Positions 48,389-63,565 of a DNA stretch of 64,000 bases are shown piece after piece. Numbering within the stretch: position 1 is the stretch's first letter; each line of letters begins with the position of its first letter. The position numbers were made by a program, and so were the translations under genes. The notes under the pieces were generated by a model that was given only the letters and a program-made list of their open reading frames with translations, ran no database searches and was not told the DNA's origin. Origin of the DNA: Monocercomonoides exilis PA203 (lineage: Eukaryota > Protista > Preaxostyla); contig LSRY02000028.1 of assembly GCA_001643675.2 (NCBI GenBank), positions 124,001 to 188,000 on the forward strand. The letters are read 5' to 3'.

Positions 48389-48992
48389 TTTAAAATGCTT
48401 CACTGTAAACTTTTGATCAAATCATGAGAAAATGACCCTTCGTAAACTTAAAAAACAAATTATCGAATTCAATAAAGCAATTTCATTTCAATTTTCGAAA
48501 ATACACATATATGGCTCTTCAAATTTCATTTCAAAAAATAAAACTATTAAAATGAAAATTTTGTATTGGGTTAAATTATGTGATTTCAAAAGCAGTTTGT
48601 TGCTTTTGCATGTTCATCCTATTGTGAGTCATTGTTAATAAAATACAATCAATTGAATTTGTTATATTCAACTTCAAACAAATTTAAATTTTAATTTTCT
48701 TTTTTTGTTGTTTGAGAAATTGATGTTCTTTGTGTTGAAACCTTTTTTTAACTTCACGTCTAAAAAAACTCAACGCTTCTCAATAATTTGTATTTTCTAT
48801 GTCTGACTTCGAAAAATCAAAATATTGAAAAAGAAAAATAGAAAAAATAAACAAGTTAATCATAATTTAGAGAAAAATATTCGATTCTTTTTTGTTATTT
48901 CTTCCAAAAATGTCCAATAAGTTTGAGATAATTGAAAAAGGCACATATAATTCGTAATTGAATAAAAAATTAAACACTATTAACGTTTTTAC

Positions 48993-51900
48993 ATGATATC
49001 AAAAGATGCTCAGGAGTTAATTTCTCGGCAACAAAAAAGAATTTTAGAATTAGAGTCACATGTCATTAGATTATCAAAGATGCAACTTCAAGAACTTGAA
49101 AAAGAAAAAAACAATCAGTATGCAAACCTCCTTTTTAATTTGACAAATGAACAACAAAATTACACTTATCTTTAATAATACTTCTTTTTTGACAATGTGA
49201 AAAGAACGAGAAATGAAATGTTGGACAAAGGAACAGACACTCCTGCATTTAACGAATCGAATATATCTTCAGAAGAAGGAGAAATTATTCTAAAAACGGA
49301 ACAAAAAATTAATCAATGCGAAAAGTCATTCAATGACGAATGCAAAGAATTCGTAAACTTATTTAAAATCGAGCAAGAAAAAGAAAGAGAACAATGGAAA
49401 GAAGAAAAAGAAAAAATGCTCTTAGAAATTAAATCAATGATGGATAAAATTGAGCAAATGAATGAAAAGAATGGAGGGAACATAAGCAATGAGCGTGAAA
49501 TGCAAAAAGATTCGCATCCTAAGAAAAATGACGATTTTACTGAATCAAAGCCAAAGGTTGAAAAAGTTAGAAGCAAAGATCAGACAACAAAAAGTGGTCA
49601 AAATCAATGGCTTGCCGAAAACATTCGATTTTCAAAAGATGTTCCATTTGCCGAACTTAGACGAAGGATGATTTCACAACAAATGATTATTATACGACAA
49701 AAAGAAGAGAACAAACTTGCAAAAGAAAAGGCTGAAGATTTGATGAAGCAACTACATCAACAAAAATTGAAATGTAAAGAAAAAAATGAAGGAAATCAGC
49801 ATGTATGGATTGACCAAGAAAGGAAAATCAGATCGCTTGAAGCTGAACTGGAGCTCGAAGCTAAAATGAGAAATCAAAAAATAAAGGAGATAAGAGCGGT
49901 TCAATTACAAAATAACGAATACAAGGACACACTACGTTTACTTAACATGAAGCTTAAAAAGGAAGCAGAAAATGAAGAAGTCACAGGAAGTGCAGACATG
50001 GCGGAATCATACAACTTTCGCAAAGACTTCGATTCTTCACTTATTTTAGAAGGACAAGAAAGAGAAAAAGAGAAAGAAAAAGAGAAAAACAGAAGCAAAG
50101 GATCAATGATAGATACGCCTTCGCCTTCGCAGCTGCAGCATCGATATTCTTTTTCAATGAAAATGGATGCACCAGCCATTTCGGAGAGTTTAGAGAAAAC
50201 AGAAGAAACGCTTTCGCTGCCTGCCTTTATCAGAACACTGAAGCAAAAAATATCTCAATTGACTCTGAAATTGGCAGATGAAGAGAAAAGAAGTGTCAAA
50301 CTGAGAAAACAATTAGGTAACATTCGAAGAAGATACAAACGGAGAAAGCGTAGAGCAGGCTCGATTGATATTTCACAGTCGAAATCTGAAGATGCAAACA
50401 TTTCTTTCCCATTCTCTCACTTTCTCAGAAATAGATCTCAGAAAAAAGGAACAAAAAACAGCAAGCAGTCTTCAACAGATTCAGCATCTGATGAGACTCG
50501 TTCTTATTCTTCGGATATTCACGACGAACTTTCTGAAAATGGCTCATCTGAAGAAGAAGAAGAAGATGATGATGATGATGATGAAATTTACAAAAGAAGA
50601 TCATATTCTGCAGATGCAGTTGAACATTCCGACGAATCTGATTCAAAAAGCCCTTCAAAACGTGTCTTCCGTCGCAAACACATTGAAAATCAACGATATC
50701 GTTCAACTCGCATTCCCTTGTCTTTTTATTTGGAGGAAAGTGAAAGCTCTTCTGAAGATAACTGCATTTTTGGTGATGCTAAAGAAATACTAGCAAATAA
50801 TGCTCAAAATCAAAGAAGAGAAGAACCAATGAATATTCAAACAATCAGTGAATCATTGATGAATAAAGATAACGAAGAGGATGTGATTAAATCTGAACGC
50901 AATTTAGCTGAAATTTCAGCATTGGAAGAAGATAAACGAGCACTTTTGCTGAAGCTGTCTTTGATGGAAGAACGAGAAAAGGAGATGAAAGAGAGAGACA
51001 GAGAAAGAATCATTTCTAATGAAGAAAAAGAAATTGAAACAATGTTGAAAGATGTAGATCAAAGAACACGCAAAGGATTAACCAAACAAGAAGAAGAAAA
51101 TGTTAAAGAGTCAACTAAATTGTATTCATCTGGCGTTCATAAAACCAAACAAACTGAAGCTTATGGTGATTTTACTGCCAAATGGCTTTCGACTCCTTCT
51201 CCAACAGACACAATTGAGCGAATGCTTTCTGAAATCAACTTGAATACTCTTCTGCTGCTTGCTGCACAATCTCGAGATTCAAAAGAATTAAACTTTGGAA
51301 AAAGTGCAAATGGTGAAGAACAAAAGAAGAACAAGAAAACATCTCAGTCGATTAAGAGAGAAACTGATTTTATGCCTATGAAAGATGAAAGCAACAAAAT
51401 GTTTGAATCAATTGAAGAAATAGAGAAACAAGCAGATTCCATTCTATCTCCTGCTTTGTCTTCAATTGACACACCACAATCAACAGCACATCCAAAACCG
51501 TCATTCAAATATAACTCACCAGAGTCAATAGAAAGTGAATCATCTTCATTGTTCTCAAAACAGTCAGATGCTCAACAGAAGTCTCTGGTCAGCACCTGTC
51601 TTGCCATCTTTCGTCCACTTCGTGATGTGATTAAAGCGGCGTGTGCCTCTTCCACACAGCTCCAATCAGAAAAAGAACAGTTGGAAAACAGAGTTGATGC
51701 GCTGAAAAAAGCAATCATACAAACAAAACTGGAGCTGGCTGAGGAACGAGCAAAGAGGAAAGATGCAGAAAATGAGAATTTCATGCGAGACAATCAAGAA
51801 AGAGCAGAAAGAGAGGAAAGCAAAATGCGATATGTGATTGCTGCAGAAGGAGAGCGTATGAAGCAGATGAGATGGATGAGGCGATGGCTGGATGGAGCAA

Positions 51901-54900
51901 TATGCTTGGCGAAGATGAAGAAAAAAGAGAAAGCAACAAAAAAGAGGATGGCCCAACTCAAAAGGCAAAATGTTATGAATGAAATGGAAAGAGAGCTGCT
52001 TTTGGCGGAGAACAAAGTGATGAATTTGAAGCTGAATGAATTCAGTGGAATTGAAACTTTGTCATCTGAATCAGAAGGCAAACGAGCCGAAGATTTGAGT
52101 TCTGTGCAAAGGCAGCTGGATGTCTTGGGACAGAAATATGGAGAAATTGAAGAGTTGTTGAAAAAGAATTTGGAGCAAGCCAAAGAGAAAGAAAACGACA
52201 TTGCTATTTCTGAAGATAAATTCATTGAAAAATTACAAACATTTTTGAAAGAAGCAGAAGAAGCCACTTTTGCAATGCCTGAAGAATTGAATAAGATACG
52301 CTTCTCATCTCATTCTCATTCAGATTTCCCTCAATCAACAGTGCAACCTCAAATTGACACTGCCATGAAAAATAATCAAGAAACTTCTTTATCTGCATCT
52401 TCTTTTGCAACTGAAAGAGGAAATGCCTCACATTTTGAGCTGTTGATGTATCGAAATTGCATTGAAGAGCACATCATCTGCGAGAACGAGGAATTAAAAG
52501 CGCAAATGGCAGAGTTGGAAAAGAAGCACAAGGAACAGATTTCTTCTGTTCTTTCTGATTGCCGCAAGCAGCTTGCCTCTAAAGAAGAAATAATTGCAGA
52601 TGCAACAAAAAGATTTGAAGACTCGAAAAATAAAATGAAGCAGGCAGAACAAGAAAAAATGATTTCTCTGATGAACCAAGCAGTTATGATGCGGATTGTG
52701 TATTCACAAACATCCACTGATTCAAAACATCAGACAGAGAATGCCCAAACACACACACAAGACAGATCCTCTTCTCGTTCATTTTCTCGTTCCACAGAAG
52801 GAAAATGGCTGGAAAAGCAGGTTAACTCGCTGCTTTTGACGATGGGAGCGAAAGAAGCACAGCAATTTGCGCTGGAGCAATGGAGGGCTGCAAATGATTT
52901 GAAGCAGGAGGTGTCACTGTGGAGAGAAAGAGTACACGAATTGGAAAGGAATCCAGATAGCTCAGTCAGAAAGCAATCAAAAATAAAGGAAAAACTGGCT
53001 GCAAAACAGAAATTGCGTGATTCTTCGTTTGATCCAAGGAATATAAAGGAGAAAGAAAAAGAAAAAGAAAAAGAAAAAGAAAATCTTCTTTCCACAGAAA
53101 GAGAAGCAGAGACAAGAAGAAATGAGGTGAGTAATGCTATGAAATCAGATGATATTACAACCTCAGAGGTGTTTCAGACTGAGCCATTTTCATTCCATTC
53201 ACAAACAGTTCAGACATACAAAGAGGATTCCCATCAAAAAACTTTGATTGATAGCAATCAAAGAACAGAAGAAGAAGAAGAAGCTGAAAAGGATACAGCT
53301 GCTAAACATGAGAATCCTCATTCAAACACAGGAAGAACTGAAAAGCGCTATCAAAAAAGACAAAAAGGTGCTAAACAGAATCTGACTCGCAGCTTGGAAC
53401 GATCAGATAAAAAACTCACACTGGAAGATCTGACAAGCGATACAAATGACTCAAAAGAGGCTGCAACAAACACTGAAAACCAACAAAAAGCAGAAACTGA
53501 ACGAAAAAATCCAGAAGGAAAATTAGAAACAGAAGAAAGGCAAATTCACGAAAGTGTTTTGAACAAAGATAAAACCGAATACAATCCTGTTTCAAAAACG
53601 GAGTTTTCTATGCAAACCAAAAGAGAGCTTTCGATTGTTGGTCACTTATCTCCGTCTCCAATATTTCCATCTGATGCTTATATTTCACCTCAAACAAACA
53701 CGTCATTCAATCCACATCAAAGTAACCAGTCTCGAAATATGCCTCTTCCACCTCAAGTTGATGTCACTTCACCTTCTCAAAAAACTAATCGCTCGAACAT
53801 TACAGACATTCATATGTTGACTCCACAGCAGGCACAGCCAACAGTTTTTTCCTCAATAGCACTTGCAGAAAATAGAAAGCAACAAACTGTAAATGCACCA
53901 TTGTCTTCACATTCTTCGCTTGATGTGACTGATCAGCAGCATCCTCAGCCACAAATCCCCACTCCATCGACATACCCTTCTTGGATGCAAGCACCTGCAG
54001 ATCTCTCTTCCCATCTTCCACCTCCTCCACATCCATCCGTCTTTACACACTCGTTCACTTCACAAACTCCAATTTTCACTGCTCCAGCGACATCTGATGA
54101 TGTGCAGCTTCCACTTCCCTCACAGCATTTCCTTACAGCTCCTGCGATGCCTCTCCCTGAATCTCCAACAAGAACAGAGATCAAGCAATCACCTTATCTT
54201 TCTTCTCATTCCCAGCAAATGACAAGCCAATCAGCTTATTCACATTCAAAAATAAGCAAAGAAGAGCCAAAGCAAAGACCATCATCAACACCATCATTGC
54301 ACTTCGCACGTCACCTCCATCCAAACAACCCATCCTCCACATCATTTCATTCATCTCAAACACGCACTCACTCCACGTCACATCGTCAGCCTCGCTCTCA
54401 TTCGAACTCATTTTCACAGAGCCGCTCGCATTCCGTTCACGAAACTTCAGCAAGAAGCAATCGCTCAGAGCATTCTGTCACAAAAGACGGCTTTCTCAGC
54501 AGAGAAAGAGCAAAAGAGGTGGAAAGAGAAGCGAGAAACATCCACAAAAGAGCAGTTCGGATGCAAAAAGAGAAAGAGAGAGAAAAAGAAGAGAAAAGGT
54601 CAAAAAGACACAAAGGAAGGAAACATTCCAAAAATGGAAGGCTTCTTTCATCAGTGATTCATCACACGGACTACACACAGCTGAAGAATGAAAAGGAAAA
54701 TCCAAATCAAAATGCAGATCTTGGGCATGCTTCGTTGCTTCCAGACTATTTGACTCAGCCGCCTCAATCACTTGTCCCAGCCTCTGCTTCATCTTCAACT
54801 TCGACTTCGACTTCGACTTCTGTCTCTTCTTCATCATTTGCAGCGCAGCCACGTAAAGCAGATCTTGCTCTTCCTGATAATTCAGACAGAATACCCGAAG

Positions 54901-57900
54901 CTGCAGTGATTCCTCCACTTTCATCGAAACATCCGGCCATTCGAAGTTTGGAGTTCGCAATTGGACGATATTCAGACGATCGACCTCGGTTGCTGGGAGG
55001 AAGTGGACGTGCTGTGCCAACGAAGAGAACGGTCAAAACAGCAAGAACAGAGGAAAGAACAAGTGAATTGGATGAAAATGAAGAAGAAGACGAAGAAGAC
55101 TACGATGACGATGAAGGTGACGATGAAGATGAATACAGCGATGAAGATGACGAAGAAGAGGGTGATGAATACGACAGTGATGAAGACAATGGAGAGAATG
55201 ACGAAGGCGACTCAGAGATTTCCATTGACGCAGACAAAGAAGACGAAATTGCAAAAGAAGAACAAAAAGAAGAGGAAAGCTTTTTTGGGAATGAAATGTC
55301 TTTGTTCCAAGATGAGAGCTTGAATGCTAATAATACTCATGAAGCAGATGACAGTGTTGTGAATTCTGAAAGCGATGAAAAGAAGAAACAAAAAACATTT
55401 TCAAGTCGCAACAACAATGCCTCAGATAAAGATGAAACTGATGAATTGATTGAGGAAGGAGATGAGCTCGAGGGAAGTTCTTTGCTTTCTGAAGGGAGCG
55501 TCACAGACGATGAAGAAGAGCTGGATGATTTCTCTGAGTCTTACAATGCAACAGATGATGAGCCATTACAATCTGCAAAGAAAGGAAAAGAACCGACCGA
55601 ACTGTTAAATGAGAATGAGACACCTTCTTCTGCAGCGAATGCAAATGGATCATCTTCTTCATTTGGACTTAACGATGCTTCAAAAACTCAATTTGCATAT
55701 CCTTCAATTCGTTCTGATAACTTGATCACTTCATCATCATCATCTTCTTCTTCTTCTTCTTCTGCATCTTCTTCTTCCCCTTCATCCATTCCTATTCCAC
55801 ATTCAACCACTTCATTTTCATTTCTACCAGACAGCACAACATACACAAACATTTCACAGCTTGAAAGCTCCAGTCACACTCTCGCCACTCCTTTATCTTC
55901 AGCAATCTCAACACCATCTGCTCCTCAATCCACATCAATCCACAGCCACAAGTCATCTACCGCTTCTTCTTCTCCTTCTTCGATTGCAACAACTTCTGTG
56001 ACATTCTCTTCACCCACATCTGTCATCGTCCAACCAACAACTCCATTTTCTTCATCGTCAAAAGGAGGAAACACAGTTCAAATCGATTCTTTCTCAACTG
56101 TCCGCAAAAGCGGAGATGCTCCAGTGGCAATTGAAGATGAACAGGGAACTGAACATGTCAGGGCAATTCTTAGTGAACAGCAGAAATCCGATTTGCCACA
56201 GAAGACTTTGAAACTTCCTCCACCTCCACCACCTCCTTCAATCGAGCCGAACAATTCTTCGTTCTTGTCTCTTCATTCACCAAATGCATCTGCACAATCA
56301 AATGTTAATGGAGAAACTCCTCTTCCTTCAATCTCAGGTTTCAGCCAAACCAAACCAGAAGAAGAGCATTCTTATTTGACGCCTTTCAGTTCAATTGCTC
56401 CACTTCCATCTTCTCGCAGTGAACAATATTCGGAATTGACTCCTTCGGCACGTGCACTTATCAGCGCCAAAATAGCAAGGGAAGAAGAAGAAAAGCTCTT
56501 GAAGAATGCAGAGGAAATGGAAAATGAGGTTAAGCGGATAATTGCAGAAGAAAGAGAAAAACAAAAAGCCAATGAATCAGCTATTTCTCCGAAAAACAGC
56601 ACAAACACACCAGAAGCTCAGCCAAAGTACAACAAGCTCCGCTTGATGATTGAGCAAGAAAGAGAGAACGAAAAGAGCAAAGCGATGACAGAGCCTGAGA
56701 GCTGGGAGTCCATTCAAACACCAGAATTGCCTTTGGAAGAGAGCAAAGCAACGCCTTACAAAGACGAAGAAATACTAAACAAGCTGATGGAGGCTCGAAG
56801 GAGAGATTTGGAAGCCGAAGCAGAATTGATGCGCTCGTCTCGTGCGAGTAAGCAAAGCAAGGTTGGTAGCATTTCAGATGAAAAAGTTTCGCAAGCGCAA
56901 ATTCTTGCTGAACAACCGAAGCAAACAGATTCTGTAAGTCTAAAAGAAAAAGGCAATCAAAAAGAGAGTAAGTCAGGAAAACAGAACAGAACAGAAGTTA
57001 TGTCAAAGGAAGATGCTTTGCTTGAAGAAGAGCTGAAATGGCTTCAAAGAGATGTGATGAAGACGAAGGAGTCAATCAGCAAAAAATGGGAATTGTTGAA
57101 TGGAGGAAGAGACAGCTCCAATTTCAAAGAAGAAGAAGAAGAATCATATCCTGCAAGTTCTGATACAAATCGTTCTGCGCCTCGAACACAGTTGCTTTTG
57201 AGTGAAAGAGAAAGCAGCAGCTCTTCTGAAAGGCCGACAGAAACTCCAACGAAAACGCCATCATCTCCATTCAGAATGGGAATGAGTGACGGCAAAAGTC
57301 AAACAGAGTCTACAATAACTCCATCTTCTCGTCACACCAGCTATTCAAGAGAGTGGGACAGTGGAGCTTACACGCCGCAAAGCCTTCGATCGCTTCTTTC
57401 GCAGAGGGCAGAAGAACTCAACCAAAGAGAGCACAGAGCATTGACAGAGCTGGTTCGGGTGCTTATTGAAAAGAGAGGAAGAGAGAAAGGTAAAAATTCT
57501 GAGACTCGTTTGCCTGAAGACAAAGGAGAAGAAAAACAAGGAAACAGAAAGAACAAGAAACAAAAATTCGAATCTTTAGCGGGTGAAGAAAGTGATGGAA
57601 AGTCAAACATAGACAACAAAAATCAAAAAGAGAAAAACAAAAGAGATGAAAACAAAACAGCACAAAATGCATCCAACTCTCCTTATGAAACGCCAACTCT
57701 TGTTGCGCGAATAGGAACACCATTTTGGATTGTTCCAATGGAAGATCCGATGGAAGCACCACCAATTATTCGACGAACCAGTGCCTCAGCAAAAGAAGGG
57801 GGAAATGAAGAAGATGAGGAGGAGGAAAATGGACCAGAGAATAAGAAACCTAAGAAAAGAAAATCAGTTTCATTTGATGTCAGTCCAAAGAAGCTGAAAA

Positions 57901-60875
57901 GCAGCAAGAATACGAAGAAGAAAAAGCGTGACTTGCGAAATCCAGCAATGCTTGAAAAGCGCAGAGGAAGAGGGAATAGCAGAGCAAGATCAGCCAAAAA
58001 GAATAAAAGGGCTCGTTCTTACAGTCCAGTTGCAAGGGGGAAATCAACACCATGGAGCGAATCAGGGAAGGATGAGTTTTATCCATCGGCGACTTCACTT
58101 CCTCCTCGTTTGAATGCCTCAAGATCGACTTCGCCTTCTCAAAGCCGTCCGTTTGTTGTCCAGTCCACAAAGCACGACTTTTTCCTTTCAAACAGAAGAA
58201 TGCAAATCGAAGAAGAAAAGAAAGCAAGAGAAAACAGAAAGAAGTGTGGAATTGACGAAGAGACTGAAATGTTGCTGAAGGAAAATGAAGAAAAAGCTAA
58301 GTTGAGGAAAGAGAGGGAACGGATTCTGCAGAGAAGAAAATCAAGAGAGCGAGAGCAGGAACAAGAAGAACTGAATAACTCAATGAGAAATCTTATACCA
58401 AGTTATCAAGAAGGTGAGGAAGGCAACGAAAGTGCACCTTTGCTGCATCCAATTTTGTCAAACAGACGAGATCACACTCCTCGACACCAGTTGGAGTTAT
58501 CTCAGCAACTTGCTGGAGAAACACCAGAAGAAAGGAGAATTGAAGCAAAGAGAATAAAAGCGGAGCGGCTGAAGCAGCAAAAGCAGACTGAAGAACGATG
58601 GCTTGCCAGTCTTCCATTCAATGACAGAATGCGAGAAGCAGAAAGGTTGAGACGTTTAAGAGAGAAAGTTGGAAAAAAAAAGAAAAAGATCAATGCAAAG
58701 AAGCAAAAGAAGCAAAAGGAGATGCGACAAGGCAATTTGCTTGGAGCTTCGCTGAATGTTTCATCTCAGTCAAATGTAAATCCACAAATCAGAGAAATTT
58801 CTGCTTCTCCTCTTTCTCACAGAGCATTAAATGAGCAAAGTCCGTCTTTTGTAGTCTCTCCAATAATGAATGATGAACGGAATTTTGCAGTCAAAACACC
58901 TGAAATAACGCAGCCTTCTTTTGGCTCGTCTAATTACATGTCACAGACACCACTGCAGCATCAGCAGATAATTCAACAGCCTCAGCAATCTGTTTTTCTT
59001 TCACCACACCCAATTGCCGACCTTCCACCACCACATCAAGCACTAACTCCTCAAAATCAAAGCAGCCTATCTCCTTCTCCTCAACCACTTATGAATTTTG
59101 ACTCATCACAAGGTTCTGCAACTGTTAGGCAGCTGGTTCTTCTCTCTCCCGCGCTTCAATCTTTTCCTTCTTCGTCAAGGGAGAATCCAATGTCTGGCAC
59201 TGACATGGCGAATGCGAGCTCGTTTCCTTTAGTAATGCTGCCTTCTCCTCATCCAGTTGTAATCGGTTCTCCTCAAAGCCAGCCAACCGTGTTTGTTCCG
59301 CCACTGCCTCTTCCCGTAGCACAAATCCGTTGGCCTTCTGGATGGAACGCAGCAGCCTCTTCTCCATCAAACGAAGAGGCGCATTTGGAGAATGAACCTC
59401 AAGAAGAGACAAAGAAAGATGTTGAAGAATCTTCTGTTAATAATCTTAATTATCATGCAACTGCTCAGCATAATGTTAAAGAGGAATCGGTTTCTTCTCT
59501 TTCAACATTGCAAACAGAAAATACATCAGAAACGCTTCCGACGCTTTCATCAGAAAAGGCTCCTTTCACAGATCGCTCGAGTGTTGCAAATTATGAAGCA
59601 AAAGAGTCAACAAAAGCGACGGTAGAGACACAAACTGATTCAAAATTGAAATCAAAAGGCAAACAAGCAAAGCCATCAAGAGCATCTTCACTCACACGAT
59701 CACACAGCATAAACTCTGCTTCCACAACAAAACGAAGCTCAACAGGAAGAAGTAATTCATCATCAAAAACGAAAAGTTCTCAGACACCTGCAACTTTGCG
59801 AAGCCAACCTCAAAGCGTTAGCAGCAGAGCTAAATCTTCCACAAGAACAAATCCTTTGCTAAAAAGCACGGGGAAAAAGAAAAGTGGTGAAGAAATTGAT
59901 TCAGATAAACTAAAGACAAGTAAAAGTGGAGCAACTCAATCTACCTCATCAGATAGTCTTAAATCAACAAAACAAAAACGTTTACCAGAAAATGAATCTT
60001 CTGAGTTAACCGCAAACTCGAAACAATTGAAAACTGAAGAGAAAAAAGAAGAAAGCAGCAAAATTGAGGAGTTTTCTGAGTGCGTGCCTTCATTGTCACC
60101 TCCTTGCCTTTTATCGCCTTCTCAAGGTAGTTTCCATTCAACACCTTGTTCTGCTCTTCAAACTCCTTCTCAATCACAAAAAATAGACAGGCCTATTCGT
60201 TCGATCGCGGATAATTCATTGCAAACATCAAGATCAACAAAATCAGAAGTGAAAGAGGAAACGCAACCGACAAAAAAGCAAACACCACAACGAATCGAAA
60301 AACAACCAGATTCAAATGTTAATAATACGACACAATTACAATCAGAGAAGAAGTCAAAATTATCGCCTTCTGCATCCATTCAAAGGGCAAGTCCTTCTCC
60401 TCTATCTCCTTCAGAGAATACGAAATCTTCTCCTTCATCCTCATCAATGATTAAGACGCAACCCAAAGCACAGACATCAAGAAAGGTTCAAGAGCAAGTA
60501 CATCATGGTACTTCACCTGTCAAACCCAAAACGACTACTAAAAAAGTGGAGCAACAAAAGACAGCCTGCTCCACTCCACTTCAATCCCAGCCTTTATCTC
60601 CATCTTCTCCATCATCTCTCAATCGTTCTTCAGCAGAAAACGAATCGCATGCATTTTCATTATCACCTTCGACTTCGTTTTCGATCTCATCATCTCATGA
60701 CTCACAACATAATCAACCAAATCATTTGGACACATCGAAATCAAACTCGAAATCCGCACAGCCTTCATCTCCTTCTTCAACACTTACAAGAGAGATGCTT
60801 AAAGATATTGAATTATCGTTCATTTCAAAAGACGATCTTTCTTCGATTTTTGAAGCTGTAATGGGAAGCGATTGA
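48993..60875 (+). CDS. Giant (~3900 aa) coiled-coil and low-complexity protein of unknown function
   Basis: 11.7-kb uninterrupted ORF with E/K/Q heptad-rich segments and S/P/T-rich disordered tracts. A phase-2 intron (~49119-49204) joins ORF 48993 in frame. The true start may lie further upstream (ATG 48910). Confidence 0.8.
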
Positions 60876-61619
60876 AAATAATGTTCTCTTTGAACGATTT
60901 TTTATGTGGTGATATTTTTTATTTCCTTCTATATGCATCTGAATACTTATCACTTCATTTCTGCTCCCAAATCTTATCCATTTATTATCAAAGAATACTT
61001 TTTTGAACAATTTATTCGGAATGTTCTAAGCATTTTAATGTCAAAGAAAGAAAAAAAGATTTATAAAAGAAGATAAAAACGATGCAACTTTGCATTGATC
61101 AAGGACTCGTTGATTTGTTTTATCCAAGTTTTTTTTAATTTTGTTTCTGCTCTTTTGTTCGAACGTTATGTGATTGTTTTATTTTTCTTTTCAATAGATT
61201 CAATTTCTATTTTTTGTTCTTTGTAATAAAATTGCCTTCAGTTGGAAAATACATAAGCCTTACAATTTTAATTGATTCTTTTTTTATAAAAAAATTCAAG
61301 ATAAAACTCTCAAAGAAAATCACAATTCTTTCAAAAGTCATAAGGATCAAAATTATATGATGGAAAATCGTTTTTTCCTGAACAATTCTACAATAGGATT
61401 CAAATACAAAATTAAAATTTTAGATATTATCACGAAATGGTTTTTGCGTACCTTTGTGTATCATTTCATAAAATGTTATTCAAATCAAACTGCAAGATGG
61501 TCGCCATTCAACAATATCCATAATTGTATTGCAAGCTTGTAAATGTATAAAATATTTAAAAATATACAAAATAACTGAACGGTGAGAGCGACAAAAAGGT
61601 CTTTATCAACAATATAACC

Positions 61620-62780
61620 AACTTTCCGTCTAAGATGCATTGCAAAAGAAAAGGGAGAAGGAGAGGATAGTGCGTGTATGTTTGACTGCAGTTTCACTTC
61701 ATGTTCACTTACAAGCACAGGCGGCGGAGGCATGTTTTGTAAAACTGTTCCCAATCAATTCAAAATGAGGAGCATTCAGTTTATTTCATGCTCAGCATTG
61801 TCATATGGAGGAGGATTGTATCTTTATCCATACAAACAAGCATCACAAAATGATGTGATTTATTGTTATTTCTTCTTCTTCCATGATTGCAGATGCACAA
61901 CTTCCATTCCATATGGAAATGATGCGTATTTTCAAGCTAACAACCTATTTTCTTCTAACAATCCGTTCTATGAATGTTACACCACCAATACAGATGACCA
62001 GAGAGTATGTCATGGATATGATTATTCGAGTACAGGGAGTTGGAAATATCAGCACACCTAAAAGTGGGATTGGCTGAAGGACAAGACAATTTATGCCTCA
62101 GTGAATGGAAATGATTTGATTGATCCGTGCGGGACGAATGAGTCAAATCCGTGCAAAACGGTGCAGAAGGCGTTTGAGATGTGCGAAATACAGATTAGCT
62201 TGGCAATCACGCTGCTGGAAGGGAATCACACAAGCGAGACAACAACGATTGAGATTGGGGAAAAGAAGATTTCAGTCATTGGGAAAGGGAGGACGGAAAG
62301 TTCGATTGGAACAGGAACACTTTCATCGGTAGGAACGCTGTTCAGTGTGTCAGCAGGTCACCTTGGTTTATTGCACATGAAGGTTGACTGCAACTCAAAT
62401 GCAGGCCCTTCCCCGAGTGTGGTTGTGATATCTGATGGAGGTGGGTCACTCTCATTGGAGGATGTTGTGATCACCATGAGCAATACTGGAGAATATGTGA
62501 TATCGTCATCAGTGTTTGTGGTGCTGCTGTTATAGCTATCGATGTCTGATGTGGAGATCAAAGATTTGAATATCTCAAAACCATTGTTCTCTGAGCCGAA
62601 TCTATCTTCTTCATTCTCTTTATCTGCCCCGTTTTTGTCATCTACAACATCAGGAGAAAGCATTCTGGTGAACTTGTCCGTGAAGAATGTGAGGTTGACA
62701 GAAGGAAATGGGGTGGTTGTTGCATCTGATGGGAGTGGATCGTCTTCTCTGAAGGTTGTTGAATCACGAAAAGCATCGAA
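61620..62780 (+). pseudogene. Fragment of a second adhesin-like/beta-helix family gene
   Basis: One frame reads FTSCSLTSTGGGGM..FISCSALSYGGGL..YQHT*KWDWLKDKTIYASVNGNDLIDPCGTNESNPCKTV..VVLLL*LSMS, with stops at 62059 and 62533. No signal peptide or TM; truncated at both ends. Confidence 0.8.
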
Positions 62781-63565
62781 GGAGTGTACGCAATATTACC
62801 ACTTGCATTTAATACAAATTTACTGCAATCATAATCAAAATTTGTAAAAAAAAAAACACTTTGTTGCAAATGAATGTTTCTGATGTTGCGTGCTTTATCG
62901 ATAAAAGTTAACTCGATCCATTGTCATTTTGATCACGCCCATTCAAAAAATATGTTTATTGCATAAAGGAAAATGAAATAAAAGAAATATAATGATTATT
63001 ATTTTTTATTATTGACGATTTTCCATTGTTTTCGACATAGCACAGAAAAGCCAATATATTTATGAGATTATTGGAATATTTATTTTTTCCAATCAAAAAG
63101 ACTTAATTTTTTAGTAATATTTGTAATCAATTTCGAGATTTTCATTGATCCTTAAAGATAATATCACATTTTTAATTAAAATCTGTGGGAAAATGTTTCA
63201 ATAATCTGTTCCAAAGGATTGATTGAGTCTCCTCTCAATCAAACAAATTGCTGTAAAGTCAGGTGAAAAAATGAATAGTCACTAAAACTTACTTTCTTTT
63301 GAATTCAGCTCGAAGAAATGAAGAAATAATCTTTTTTTCAAATCCCATAACAAGCATCTTGATAGAATAACTTTGCTTTACGACATGCTTCACGTACATT
63401 CACTGTTAAAAAAAATACTTATTTTTCTAAAAATCATTTTTGGAAATGCGAAAAATAATTAAAAATAAAAAATGACTAATCGAGTACGAAGTGAGTATAT
63501 AAGATATTATCAAACGGCATCGAAAAAATGAGTTGTTTTAATCCGCACTTATAATTCTAACTTTT

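Noticed and set aside
8625-62535. TAA/TAG reassigned to Gln, as in some oxymonads and diplomonads, to explain in-frame stops in the adhesin genes
   Set aside because: Conserved genes here end at TAA/TAG (Vps34, PABPN1, WASHC3, Rab-like) and multi-kb Gln-rich ORFs contain no TAR codons. The interrupted loci also have frameshifts or truncations.
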